A stretch of 39,773 bases of DNA, taken from assembly GCA_963641805.1 (NCBI GenBank), contig CAVIEK010000002.1, forward strand, positions 1-39,773, in the 5' to 3' direction. Of this stretch, positions 16,871 through 26,542 are shown one piece after another (the first letter of the stretch is position 1; every line of letters starts with the position of its first letter). Source of the DNA: Bacteroides fragilis (GTDB lineage Bacteria; Bacteroidota; Bacteroidia; Bacteroidales; Muribaculaceae). The notes under the pieces were generated by a model, which was not told the DNA's origin, made no database searches, and saw only the letters and a list, made by a program, of their open reading frames with translations. The position numbers were made by a program, and so were the translations under genes.

Positions 16871-18094
16871 ATGAATTTAGTTGACAGATTCCTCAAGTAT
16901 GTGAAGTTCGACACTCAAAGTGACGAGCTCACCAACCTAACACCGTCGACCCCCGGGCAGATGGTGTTTGCCAAAGAACTGTATAAAGACCTCGTGGAGA
17001 TGGGACTGAGCGATGTCACACTCGACGATAACGGCTACCTATTTGCCACCCTGCCAGGAAACTGCGACGGCAAAGTGCCCACTGTGGGATTCATTGCACA
17101 CATGGATACTGCCCCCGACATGAGCGGGCACGACGTGAAGCCACGCATCGTGGACTATAAGGGTGGTGACGTGGTGCTCAACGAGCAAGACGGCATAGTG
17201 CTAAGTACGAAACAATTTCCTGAGCTCAACGACTTTGTGGGCCAACAGATAATCGTAACCGACGGCAACACGCTGCTCGGAGCCGACGACAAGGCCGGAA
17301 TCGCCGAGATCGTGAGTGCAGTAGAATGGTTCCAGCAGCACCCTGAGGTGAAGCACGGCGACATACGCATAGGTTTCAACCCCGACGAGGAAATCGGCCT
17401 GGGCGCACACCACTTCGACGTAGAGAAATTCGGGGCCGACTGGGCCTACACGATGGACGGCGGTGCCGAAGGCGAGCTTGAGTATGAGAATTTCAATGCC
17501 GCCGTGGCAAAAATCACATTCAAGGGTCTCAATGTGCATCCCGGAGCCGCTAAACACAAGATGCTCAACTCGTTGCGCGTAGCAAACCAGTTTGCCATCA
17601 TGTTGCCACGCTGGGAAACTCCCGAGCACACCGAGGGCTATGAGGGATTCTATCACCTGATAGGATGGGAAGGCACCGTGGAAAAGACCACACTCACCTA
17701 TATAATCCGCGACCACGACCGCGCACGCTTCGAGAGCCGCAAGCGCGAGCTCGAGCACCTGTGCCACAAAATCAACTGCGAGTTCCCAGACTGCGCCACC
17801 ATTGAGCTAAAGGACCAGTACTACAATATGCGCGAGAAAATCGAGCCTGTGATGCATATAATCGATGTGGCCAAACTCGCAATGGAAAATGCCGGAGTGA
17901 AGCCCAAGGTGCAGCCAATACGCGGCGGCACCGACGGAGCACAGCTATCGTTCAAAGGTCTGCCCTGCCCCAACATCTTTGCAGGCGGCATGAACATGCA
18001 CGGACGCTACGAGTATGTGTCGATACAAGCCATGGAGAAAGCCATGCAGACCGTGGTCGAGATATGCAAGATTGTGGCCAGCGAGAGCAAATAG
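16871..18094 (+). CDS. pepT: Peptidase T (M20B tripeptidase)
   Basis: [50 protein letters not shown]. Confidence 0.97.
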   Translation: MNLVDRFLKYVKFDTQSDELTNLTPSTPGQMVFAKELYKDLVEMGLSDVTLDDNGYLFATLPGNCDGKVPTVGFIAHMDTAPDMSGHDVKPRIVDYKGGDVVLNEQDGIVLSTKQFPELNDFVGQQIIVTDGNTLLGADDKAGIAEIVSAVEWFQQHPEVKHGDIRIGFNPDEEIGLGAHHFDVEKFGADWAYTMDGGAEGELEYENFNAAVAKITFKGLNVHPGAAKHKMLNSLRVANQFAIMLPRWETPEHTEGYEGFYHLIGWEGTVEKTTLTYIIRDHDRARFESRKRELEHLCHKINCEFPDCATIELKDQYYNMREKIEPVMHIIDVAKLAMENAGVKPKVQPIRGGTDGAQLSFKGLPCPNIFAGGMNMHGRYEYVSIQAMEKAMQTVVEICKIVASESK

Positions 18095-18137
18095 CCCCCT
18101 CTACCACAACAAGATAAAATATCGCACCGATCCATAA

Positions 18138-18196
18138 AAGCGGGCACAACGCGCCCTCACACCTGAGTGAGGCAAGCGGCAGCGCCCGCTTCTTTT
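18138..18196 (+). terminator. Extended hairpin, candidate pepT terminator
   Basis: aagcgggc/gcccgctt outer stem, cctcac/gtgagg inner stem, followed by cttt. Confidence 0.6.
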
Positions 18197-18275
18197 ACAT
18201 AGTATTTGCCGAGGCACCATCATACCACTGCCGACAGCATCCCACACGACACGCCCCGCAAGGCCAAATCAACTT

Positions 18276-19073
18276 ATGACCACAGACACCCACAGAGACA
18301 AGCCGCTCACCGTGCAATTCATGAGCGACCTTCATCTTGAATTCCGCGACAACTCGCGATGGATTTCCGAGCACATGCCGCAACCGGCGGCACAAGTACT
18401 GGTGATGGCCGGCGACATAATAACGCTAGGCAGCAGCAAGCTGCGCCATCACCCTTTCTTTGACTGGTGCTCACACAACTATGAGTTGACTGTAATCGTA
18501 CCAGGCAACCACGAGTTCTATGACGGATTCGACGTGGCCGACGCCCTTGCCGGCCTCGACCTTGAGCTGCAGCCAGGTGTGCGCTATTGCTGCAACAAGG
18601 CGGTGACCATAGGCAGTGACACCGAGCTGCTTTGCACCACCCTGTGGAGCAAGATTGACCCGAAATGCCGTGCAGCCGCACAACAACACATGCCCGACTA
18701 CAGCCGAATCATGTACCGCGGGCGACAGCTAACCGCCGACGACAGTGCCGAACTGCACCATGGTTGCCTCAACTGGCTCACCGAAGCCATCAAGAGCTCG
18801 ACGGCAAGGCATAAAGTGGTTGTAACACACCATTGCCCCATCGACGTGGAAGACCCGCGATATGGCGGCAACGAGCTGTCATCGGCATTCATAGCTCCGA
18901 TGGAAGACTTCGTGAGACAGTGCCGTGCCGATGCTTGGATATTCGGCCACACACACTACAATGCCGCCGACGGCATGACGATTGGGAACACCGTGATGCA
19001 CACCAACCAAATGGGGAACTCGGCCGACGTGTGTGCCGGATATAGCGGCAAGGCAAAATTTGAGTTGCTTTAA
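18276..19073 (+). CDS. Calcineurin-like metallophosphoesterase
   Basis: SDLHLE, AGDI, PGNHEFY, VTHH, FGHTH. Confidence 0.9.
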   Translation: MTTDTHRDKPLTVQFMSDLHLEFRDNSRWISEHMPQPAAQVLVMAGDIITLGSSKLRHHPFFDWCSHNYELTVIVPGNHEFYDGFDVADALAGLDLELQPGVRYCCNKAVTIGSDTELLCTTLWSKIDPKCRAAAQQHMPDYSRIMYRGRQLTADDSAELHHGCLNWLTEAIKSSTARHKVVVTHHCPIDVEDPRYGGNELSSAFIAPMEDFVRQCRADAWIFGHTHYNAADGMTIGNTVMHTNQMGNSADVCAGYSGKAKFELL

Positions 19074-19150
19074 TCAAGCACATCACAATTCTTATTCACA
19101 ATGCGTTACTCCATAAAATCAGCCGCAAGTTGTGACGGCAGATTTTATGG

Positions 19151-19177
19151 TTTGTGTAATTTTGTGTAATTTTACAC
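19151..19177 (+). promoter_or_regulatory. yfhO promoter -7 element with tandem repeat and palindrome
   Basis: TAATTTTG (19157-19164) inside (tttgtgtaat)x2; palindrome GTGTAA-tt-TTACAC at 19164-19177. Confidence 0.5.
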
Positions 19178-19203
19178 GTTAAAATGCAGATAATTACATA
19201 ATC

Positions 19204-21756
19204 ATGGATAATAACAACAGTAACAACAAGTTAGACAAGACCATCTTCGGGCGCGTAACACTGCGCTCTATAGTCACATTTGTGCTTGCGGTGCTCACCT
19301 TTGCTGCAATCTCATGGATTTACTTCTATCCCAACGATGTGAACGGTGATGTGCTCCGCCAAAGCGATGTGATGCAAGGTGCGGCCAACGGCCAGGAAGC
19401 CAAGGCATTCAACGAGGCCACCGGCGAAGTAACCCGGTGGACCGATGCCCTGTTTGGCGGCATGCCCACATTCCAAATCAGCCCAAGCTATGAGAGCAGC
19501 TCTATGCTGTCGTGGGTGGGCGACGTGTGGAACCTGCACTTTCCGCAGCCGGTAGGATGGGTGTTTGTGCTCATGCTCGGCTTCTACTTGCTAATGCTCG
19601 CATTCAACGTCAAGTGGTATGTGGGGTTGCTTGGTGCCATCGCCTATGGGTTCTCGTCATACTTTTTCATACTTATAGGAGCAGGCCACATCTGGAAGCT
19701 GCTCACACTGGCCTACATTCCGCCCACAATAGCAGGCATTGTGTGGACTTATCGCGGTCATTATCTGGGCGGAGCCGCACTGGCAGCCCTGTTTGCGGCA
19801 TTGCAGCTGATGTCGAACCACGTGCAGATGACCTACTACTCACTCTTTGTGGTCGCCGCACTGGCTATAGCTTTCCTGACAAAGGCCATCATCGACAAGA
19901 AAATGGCCCAATGGAGCATTGCCACCGGCGCACTGCTTGTGGCTGCCGCACTGGCTATCGGAGCCAATGCCCCCAACCTGTATCTCACCTACAAGTACTC
20001 ACAAGAGACCATTCGCGGCGGACATAGCGACCTGACACCCGTAAAGACCGACGACGGCCAGCAAGTGCAGAAAAACGGAGGCCTCGACAAAGAATACATC
20101 ACACAATGGAGTTACGGCATCGACGAGACGTTCACCCTGCTGGCCCCCAACGTGAAAGGCGGTGCCAGCCTGCGTCCGCAAGCCGGGAACAACATACCTA
20201 TGACCCTGGCCGACACCCAAAAGGCCAAGAAGATGGAGCGCAACGGCGAGCTCGACTATCAAGACCAGCAAAACCTGCAATACTTCCTGCAATATTTCGG
20301 TGACCAGCCTATGACCAACGGTCCGGTGTATGTGGGTGCAATCATATTCGCCCTGTTCCTGCTCGGATGCTTTGTGGTGAAAGGCCCGATGAAATGGGCG
20401 CTCGTCGCCGTGACACTGCTGTCGGTATTCCTCTCGTGGGGACACAACATGATGTGGCTCACCGACATTTTCATCGACCACTTCCCGATGTACAACAAGT
20501 TCCGCACAGTGTCGAGCATCCTGGTGATTGCCGAGCTCACTATGCCACTGCTCGCTGCCCTCGCCCTACAAAAGGTGCTCAGTGAGCCCGACTTCCTTGC
20601 CAAGCACAAGCGCGCCACACTGGCTGCATTCGGTCTTAGCGCCGCTCTGTGCCTTGTGTTCGCCCTATTCCCGAGCATATTCGGTACATTCTCGCAACAA
20701 GAGACAGAAGCCTACATCAATAGCGGCCAGTTGCAGCAAGTGCCGAGCTTGAGTGAGGCCATCGCCACTATCCGCCACTCACTGGTGAGCAGCGACGCTT
20801 GGCGCAGCCTGGGCTTCATAGTGGTGGCATTCGCCGTGGTGGCGGCATTCGCTTCGGGCAAAGTCAAGACCTCGCCGGCTGTAGCCGGAGTAGCAATGGC
20901 AGTGCTGGTGCTCATCGACATGTTTGCCGTCAACAAACGCTACATCAATAAAGACACCTTCGTGTCGCACTTCGACGTCAAGCCTGCCGCCACATTCACC
21001 AAGCGACCGGCCGATGCGACCATACTTACCGACACCACTCTCAACTACCGCGTGTGTGACCAGCAACACTTCGGTGAAGCCATGCCGTCGTACTTCCACA
21101 AGACTGTAGGCGGTTACCACGCCGCCAAACTCACCCGCTACAACGACCTTATTGAGCGTCAGCTCTCACGAGGCAACATGCAGATTTTCAACATGCTCAA
21201 CACACGATGGTTCATCATGAACGACACACTCGCCCAGCAGAATCCCGGAGCACTGGGCAACGCATGGTTTGTCGACTCACTGACCTATGTGCCAACCGCC
21301 GACCAAGAGATGAAATTCCTCGACAACTTCAACCCAGGCACTCATGCCGTGGCCGACGCAAAATTCAAGGAAGCCCTTGGCGAGGCTTCAGCAAAGCAGC
21401 CCGGCGACACCATACGCGAGACCACATACGCCCCCAACAAGCTCTCCTACCACACCCACAGCGCCAAAGGCGGCGTGGCTGTGTTCAGCGAGATTTACTT
21501 CCCTTGGGGATGGACTGCGACCATTGACGGCAAGGAAGCCAAGATAGGCCGTGTGGACTATGTGCTGCGAGCATTGCGGCTGCCGGCCGGCGACCACACT
21601 GTGGTATTCACATTCGACCCTCAGGAGGTGCACACCACCGACAATGTGGCCAAAGCATCAATTGTGGCGATATTCGTGGCACTGATAGCCGCCGGCGCCA
21701 TTGCCTCTTACCGCCGTAAAGGCGACAAGAAGAGCGCCGACAATGAACAAGCGTAA
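19204..21756 (+). CDS. YfhO-family multi-pass membrane protein (GT-C-fold glycosyltransferase-like)
   Basis: Many TMs; WTDALFGGMP, NHVQMTYY, GGYHAAKL, FSEIYFPWGW, VDYVLRALRLPAGDHTV. Confidence 0.88.
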   Translation: MDNNNSNNKLDKTIFGRVTLRSIVTFVLAVLTFAAISWIYFYPNDVNGDVLRQSDVMQGAANGQEAKAFNEATGEVTRWTDALFGGMPTFQISPSYESSSMLSWVGDVWNLHFPQPVGWVFVLMLGFYLLMLAFNVKWYVGLLGAIAYGFSSYFFILIGAGHIWKLLTLAYIPPTIAGIVWTYRGHYLGGAALAALFAALQLMSNHVQMTYYSLFVVAALAIAFLTKAIIDKKMAQWSIATGALLVAAALAIGANAPNLYLTYKYSQETIRGGHSDLTPVKTDDGQQVQKNGGLDKEYITQWSYGIDETFTLLAPNVKGGASLRPQAGNNIPMTLADTQKAKKMERNGELDYQDQQNLQYFLQYFGDQPMTNGPVYVGAIIFALFLLGCFVVKGPMKWALVAVTLLSVFLSWGHNMMWLTDIFIDHFPMYNKFRTVSSILVIAELTMPLLAALALQKVLSEPDFLAKHKRATLAAFGLSAALCLVFALFPSIFGTFSQQETEAYINSGQLQQVPSLSEAIATIRHSLVSSDAWRSLGFIVVAFAVVAAFASGKVKTSPAVAGVAMAVLVLIDMFAVNKRYINKDTFVSHFDVKPAATFTKRPADATILTDTTLNYRVCDQQHFGEAMPSYFHKTVGGYHAAKLTRYNDLIERQLSRGNMQIFNMLNTRWFIMNDTLAQQNPGALGNAWFVDSLTYVPTADQEMKFLDNFNPGTHAVADAKFKEALGEASAKQPGDTIRETTYAPNKLSYHTHSAKGGVAVFSEIYFPWGWTATIDGKEAKIGRVDYVLRALRLPAGDHTVVFTFDPQEVHTTDNVAKASIVAIFVALIAAGAIASYRRKGDKKSADNEQA

Positions 21757-21762
21757 CACGAC

Positions 21763-22491
21763 ATGGGACGCCTGCACCGGTACCGCACAGTCCTGAGCCG
21801 TCGCCACCGCAGCCATGGCTTCGGCATCCACTCGCCGTTTGCATTCAACTTTGTGCTGAATGTGCTGTGCGAGCGGTTGCCATACTATGCCTACGGCTAC
21901 CTGCACGATGTGCGGCAAGCGGTGCTCGAGAGCTCTCGTGGCGACTTCAGGCACCCACGCGTCATCTCGCTCAAGAATGCCAAGATGCTCTTCCGCATCA
22001 CCAATCATTTTACCCCGGGACACATCCTTCAGGTGGGCACAAACTACGGCATTTCGGCCGTGAGCATGATGAGTGTGTCGGGCAATAGCCGACTAAGTCT
22101 CTATGAGCCCCACCTCGAAAAGTTTCCCGTGGTGGGACAAGTGCTGGAACCTTTCCTCGACTATATTGACTGCTACAACGACCTCAGCGTGGCCATCGGT
22201 GAATACCGCGCCGCAATAGGCGATGGCGGACGCGCATTTGTGCTCGTCAACAACGTGCCCGAGAACGATGCCGACAAGGAATCCCTGCTGCAATACCTGC
22301 ACGCCATCATCACCGATGCTGGCGGAGGTGTGATAATAATGCGCAACCTAAGCCGCAGTAAGGGAATGGCAACCCTGTGGGACACCTGCCTCGGATGGGC
22401 CACTTGCGGCCACTCCTACACCAATGAGAAACTGGGGGTAATGGTAGCTTCGGCAAAACTGCCTTTGCAGCACTTCTTCCTATGGTTCTGA
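21763..22491 (+). CDS. Degenerate class I SAM methyltransferase-like protein
   Basis: HGFGIHSPFAF N-terminal motif; motif-I-like ILQVGTNYG; 6 nt downstream of yfhO. Confidence 0.6.
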   Translation: MGRLHRYRTVLSRRHRSHGFGIHSPFAFNFVLNVLCERLPYYAYGYLHDVRQAVLESSRGDFRHPRVISLKNAKMLFRITNHFTPGHILQVGTNYGISAVSMMSVSGNSRLSLYEPHLEKFPVVGQVLEPFLDYIDCYNDLSVAIGEYRAAIGDGGRAFVLVNNVPENDADKESLLQYLHAIITDAGGGVIIMRNLSRSKGMATLWDTCLGWATCGHSYTNEKLGVMVASAKLPLQHFFLWF

Positions 22492-22604
22492 CCTACGCCT
22501 TGGTGACGGCGATCACATGTGTTAAAGGTTACTAAGCCGCACAATAACCACAACACGACTTCAGTTAGAATCATAGAGACAACTAAAAAAAACGACAACA
22601 CCAA

Positions 22605-23093
22605 ATGATATTTTCAACCATACTGCTTGTGCTGGGAGTGCTTTGCGCGGCCGGAGCAGTCGTGTGCCTAATAAAGCCATGGTTGCCCGCTGCCTTGCCT
22701 GCCTATGCAGCCCTGTGCCTGCTCCATTGGAGCACGAGCATCTACCTGCCGATAAAGACTTTTGTGTTTTGGGGCTTAGCCACAGCCATCTGCCTGGGGA
22801 TAAGCTATATGTCGCCCAAAGGAGAGCCCGACGGGCACAACACAGGCAACTACTACATAGGCATCGGTGCGATTGTAGGGTGCCTGCTCGGCATTCTAGT
22901 GAGCGCACGAATAATGGTGCTCGGAGTGGTGATTGGCGCTTTAATGGGCCAAATGGCTTTCAGCAAGACCCCACACGGCAAGTGGCTCAAATTTCCGAGT
23001 GTCACATTTATTCACTACTTTTGCGCTAAATCCCTGCAAGCTATAGTGGCAGCAGCCATGGTGGGAATTGCCATCGAGGGATTCATATTTTAA
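22605..23093 (+). CDS. DUF456-like small membrane protein
   Basis: Hydrophobic 162-aa ORF with glycine-rich helices (GAIVGCLLG, GVVIGALMG). Confidence 0.6.
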   Translation: MIFSTILLVLGVLCAAGAVVCLIKPWLPAALPAYAALCLLHWSTSIYLPIKTFVFWGLATAICLGISYMSPKGEPDGHNTGNYYIGIGAIVGCLLGILVSARIMVLGVVIGALMGQMAFSKTPHGKWLKFPSVTFIHYFCAKSLQAIVAAAMVGIAIEGFIF

Positions 23094-23112
23094 AAGGGAA
23101 CACACCATAATT

Positions 23113-23823
23113 ATGAGACTACGACACATAATCATATCACTTGTGGCCTGCCTGACAGTATGCTGCGCCACGGGACTTACGGCCCAGAACAAATTTGAGG
23201 TCAGAAAGGTGGATTTCGACAAGATAAAGAAAATCACCCAAGACCCCAAGGCTCGGTTCTATTACCCCAAGCTGATACAGTCATTCAAAAGCAACGACAC
23301 CGTGATGAATTTCGAGGCCTACCGGGACCTATACTACGGTTACATCTTCCAGGAAGACTATAACCCATTCCGCCAGTCGGAATACGGCAAAGTGGTGGAA
23401 AGTCTCTATTACAAGCAGCCTCACTCACGCGCTGAGTGCGACAGTATCGAGAAATATGCCGAGCTTTCGCTCGACGACAACATCTTCGACCTCGACCAGA
23501 TGAAATTCCACATCTACGTGCTCAAAGAAAAGAAGAAATATGCGCGTGCGGCGGTACGCCAATACCGCCTCGACCGGCTGATTGCCGCTATCATGTCGAG
23601 CGGTAAGGGAACCAAGGACGACCCCTGGGTGGTGATATGTCCCGAGCATGAATACAACATAGTGAATTTCTTGGGCTATGTGGCCACCGACCACCAAGAA
23701 CTTGAGGGCGACATCGACTATATAGCAGTGAAGCCCAAAGACGGTAAGGAAAACGTAAAGGGATTCTACTTCGACGTGAGCCGCATGATGCAAGTGGCGG
23801 CTCTGAAGTTCCCTGACAAATAG
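23113..23823 (+). CDS. DUF4919-like exported protein
   Basis: Start trimmed to ATG 23113, signal peptide; YYPKL, LYYGYIFQEDYNP, AIMSSGKG, PWVVICPEHEY, FYFDVS. Confidence 0.75.
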   Translation: MRLRHIIISLVACLTVCCATGLTAQNKFEVRKVDFDKIKKITQDPKARFYYPKLIQSFKSNDTVMNFEAYRDLYYGYIFQEDYNPFRQSEYGKVVESLYYKQPHSRAECDSIEKYAELSLDDNIFDLDQMKFHIYVLKEKKKYARAAVRQYRLDRLIAAIMSSGKGTKDDPWVVICPEHEYNIVNFLGYVATDHQELEGDIDYIAVKPKDGKENVKGFYFDVSRMMQVAALKFPDK

Positions 23824-23852
23824 CTCCTTTTTTTCACAAGACGAAGAAATCC

Positions 23853-23896
23853 AGAGGCAGCACCGCATTGGCCATAGGGCCTGCAGTGCTGCCTCT
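23853..23896. terminator. Hairpin between convergent genes
   Basis: agaggcagcac / gtgctgcctct 11-bp stem; a second hairpin (gccagg/cctggc) lies at 23911-23942. Confidence 0.65.
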
Positions 23897-23952
23897 CGCT
23901 ATACACAGGAGCCAGGTGAGTGCCACTTATGGCCACCCTGGCATAGTGTCTG

Positions 23953-24609
23953 TCATTTCTTCATTGCCTTCACGATGCGTCCCATGTATACCGAGTGGAT
24001 ACCAGCCGTGTAGTCATTGTAGAAATCACGTGGCACATCACCGAAAGCAGCCGAATCAAGCTGCGTGTGGTAAATCATCTCGCACTCGAACACTTGCGAC
24101 GCCTCAGCATAATAGGGGGTGCCATGCTCGGTGTAAAGGGTGTGCAGACCCAAAGCCTGAGCCTTGTCGCCGTCGCGCCCACTATGGTTGCCCATATAGT
24201 CGAGCACATTCTTGTGGGCATCGTCAAACTTCATCACGGTAAAGTATTTGCATCGCTCCATAAAGCCGTGTGTGAACCGTTGCTGAGCCACAAACACTGT
24301 GATTGTATTGGTGCCGTCATTCCAGATGTTGCCAAGCGATCCCCAGCCGATGGTCATGGCATTGCTGCGAACACTGTCGCCTGCCGCCAAAAGCAGACCA
24401 TTGCCGGTGAAGAAAGTGAACGGATTGACGTTAAAATCCTTTGACGGATCGAAATCCTTGAATCCGCCCTGCGCCGACAGGGTGTCGGCAGCAACGGGTG
24501 CCACATCGCCTTCACTGCCCGAAGTGCGGGTCTTGGCAAGTTGGACACTCACCACGGCCAGTGCTACGGCCAGCACCACATTGAGAATAATAGATGGTGT
24601 CGTTTTCAT
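23953..24609 (-). CDS. Flavin reductase-like (split-barrel) protein with N-terminal membrane anchor
   Basis: NAMTIGWGSLG, RFTHGF, SGRDGDK, ECEMIY, HSVYMGRI; hydrophobic IILNVVLAVALAVV; ATG 24609 preferred over GTG 24639. Confidence 0.8.
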   Translation of the reverse strand: MKTTPSIILNVVLAVALAVVSVQLAKTRTSGSEGDVAPVAADTLSAQGGFKDFDPSKDFNVNPFTFFTGNGLLLAAGDSVRSNAMTIGWGSLGNIWNDGTNTITVFVAQQRFTHGFMERCKYFTVMKFDDAHKNVLDYMGNHSGRDGDKAQALGLHTLYTEHGTPYYAEASQVFECEMIYHTQLDSAAFGDVPRDFYNDYTAGIHSVYMGRIVKAMKK

Positions 24610-24662
24610 AAAAGTCCTATTGTTGTTTTGATTTTTCACTTGTTAGTATGGTCACGGGCGGT

Positions 24663-25766
24663 TCATTTGGTCAACTGCCCCACTTTAAGTAACGTGCCTG
24701 TGGGACAAACGAAGCGGCAATACGGGCGTGTGACAAAAGCCGACAGTACAACAATCGCCACTGCCAACGCCACAACCACCCATGAGGCCGACTGGAAGAT
24801 GAATGCGGAGAACAACTCATAGTTCATCCAATCAAACCACACGCCGCTCCACACACACATCATGAGCACAATCCACAAGCCACGTCGCAGCTGGTCGAGA
24901 CGGTGCGCCACGACAGGCGACAGCGTCACCTTACGCTTACTGCACTTGGCGGCAAGTTGCTGCAGAGAGCCGAACGGGCACACATTGGCACAATAATAAG
25001 ATTTCTTTCCGAGCAAGGCGGGATAGAGAAACGCCGTGACCAATAGCACCAACGGCACGAGCATGGACGGGTGATGCATCCCACCAGCCATATAGCTCAT
25101 AAGTGACGAATAAGACACAAACGTGCCGCACCACAACCCCAGTACCACTACATTGAGAATCAACTGGATAGTGCGGTAAACCTTGCTTTTCACAAAGAGA
25201 GGAAGCGTGGCAGCCATCAATGCCACAATCAAGCCTGCAATGAATTTCGCCGACAGCAAGTCGCCCCAGTCCACATCTTCACCATCCAAGTCGAGATTGC
25301 TGGCATACTGCACACCACGACGCACATTTGTGATTATTGCCCGCGACGAATAGGTGGCTCCTGTCACAGCATCGACATTTAGCGATAAAGCCTCATCGAG
25401 CGCCTTTCCGTCCCATGCCTTAAGCAAACTATCGGCGGCATGGCTGAAAAAATCTGGAGTCTCGCTATTGGGCAAGGCCTTCACGCTTGCCACCCTGCCG
25501 TCTTTAATGGTAATCTCGAGTGGCACCGGGCCCGCATAGCCCCGCACATCGGCTGCTAGCGGTTGGGTACTCACCACAACCGACCCGTCGGGCAACGAGC
25601 GTACAGTATCGACATTGGCAACTGTGACAGCCTGCTCAGCATCAGCATTACCGCGCAAGTCACAACCAAGCACCTTGCCATCTTTCCGAGCCACAGCGGC
25701 AACCATCATGAAAAAACAGGCCACCAAGCTCAGCAATCCGTATATTCTATCCTTTCTCTTAGTCAT
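24663..25766 (-). CDS. FMN-binding domain + NapH/NosR-like membrane protein
   Basis: GYAGPVP, ETPDF, flavinylation motif DAVTGATYSS; several TMs; YCANVCPFG and YCRFVCPTG (CxxxCP). Confidence 0.85.
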   Translation of the reverse strand: MTKRKDRIYGLLSLVACFFMMVAAVARKDGKVLGCDLRGNADAEQAVTVANVDTVRSLPDGSVVVSTQPLAADVRGYAGPVPLEITIKDGRVASVKALPNSETPDFFSHAADSLLKAWDGKALDEALSLNVDAVTGATYSSRAIITNVRRGVQYASNLDLDGEDVDWGDLLSAKFIAGLIVALMAATLPLFVKSKVYRTIQLILNVVVLGLWCGTFVSYSSLMSYMAGGMHHPSMLVPLVLLVTAFLYPALLGKKSYYCANVCPFGSLQQLAAKCSKRKVTLSPVVAHRLDQLRRGLWIVLMMCVWSGVWFDWMNYELFSAFIFQSASWVVVALAVAIVVLSAFVTRPYCRFVCPTGTLLKVGQLTK

Positions 25767-25785
25767 AAACACGTGAAATTTGGTG

Positions 25786-25793
25786 CAAAAATA
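25786..25793 (-). promoter_or_regulatory. -7 promoter element
   Basis: TATTTTTG on the minus strand about 20 nt upstream of ATG 25766, within the inverted repeat gtgcaaa-N10-tttgcac (25783-25806). Confidence 0.5.
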
Positions 25794-25852
25794 CTTCTAT
25801 TTGCACTTTTACCCACAACAAAGAGCGGCCATTTTTTAATTTTTCATATTTA

Positions 25853-26341
25853 TCACTTCGGCAATGGCCGTGATTTTGCCGTCATTTGCCCCACCCGCAA
25901 AGCGAGCACCCTAGTACGGTCGACGGCAGCATTGTTGAAATCAAAATGTCGGTCGGTGTGGTAATGGTCCACTATCAGCTGCAGCGCCCTCTCCTTCATT
26001 GTCCTGTCTGTTATCTCCGTGACCACGCCCTGTCCTATCACGCTTGAATAAGCCATTGTGCAATAGCCCCGGGGAACATCGAAATAGAATGTATGGCAAC
26101 AGTCCATCTCAAAAGAGACCCTGGAATCACGGTCTATCAGACGATATTTAGTGCCATCGGCGGCACCATGAAAGTAAAGTACCAGCGTGCCGTCATTCTC
26201 AACATCATAGCCGAAATTCAGCGGCAACAAATAAGGCACACCCGACTCGAGGTCGTTGATTCCAAGAAGGCACACATCACACGCGGCTATTATCTCAAGG
26301 ATATCCTGCCGTGCGGTAATTTCGCGGTCGATACGTCGCAT
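25853..26341 (-). CDS. Pyridoxamine 5'-phosphate oxidase-like / Nim-family flavin-binding protein
   Basis: Start trimmed to ATG 26341 (MRRIDREIT); PYLLPLNFGY, LYFHGAADGTK, VSFEMD, YSSVIGQG. Confidence 0.85.
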   Translation of the reverse strand: MRRIDREITARQDILEIIAACDVCLLGINDLESGVPYLLPLNFGYDVENDGTLVLYFHGAADGTKYRLIDRDSRVSFEMDCCHTFYFDVPRGYCTMAYSSVIGQGVVTEITDRTMKERALQLIVDHYHTDRHFDFNNAAVDRTRVLALRVGQMTAKSRPLPK

Positions 26342-26468
26342 AATATTTTCTGTTTTTGTTTGGTTACTATATAATATACGAGTCTTTCCGTTGTTTATTG
26401 CAACACGGGCCGGGCACATCACAAAAAAACGCGACACAGGAGGTGTTGTTTTGTTAAGCCAAACGATG

Positions 26469-26476
26469 TAACTTTG
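26469..26476 (+). promoter_or_regulatory. -7 promoter element for the ABM-aminotransferase unit
   Basis: TAACTTTG; GTTG at 26445-26448 is at 20-nt spacing. Confidence 0.6.
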
Positions 26477-26542
26477 TGGCAGTATTGCACCGCAACAGTA
26501 CCACAAGTCCACCACCATCGACTGTTAACATTTTAATGGCTT

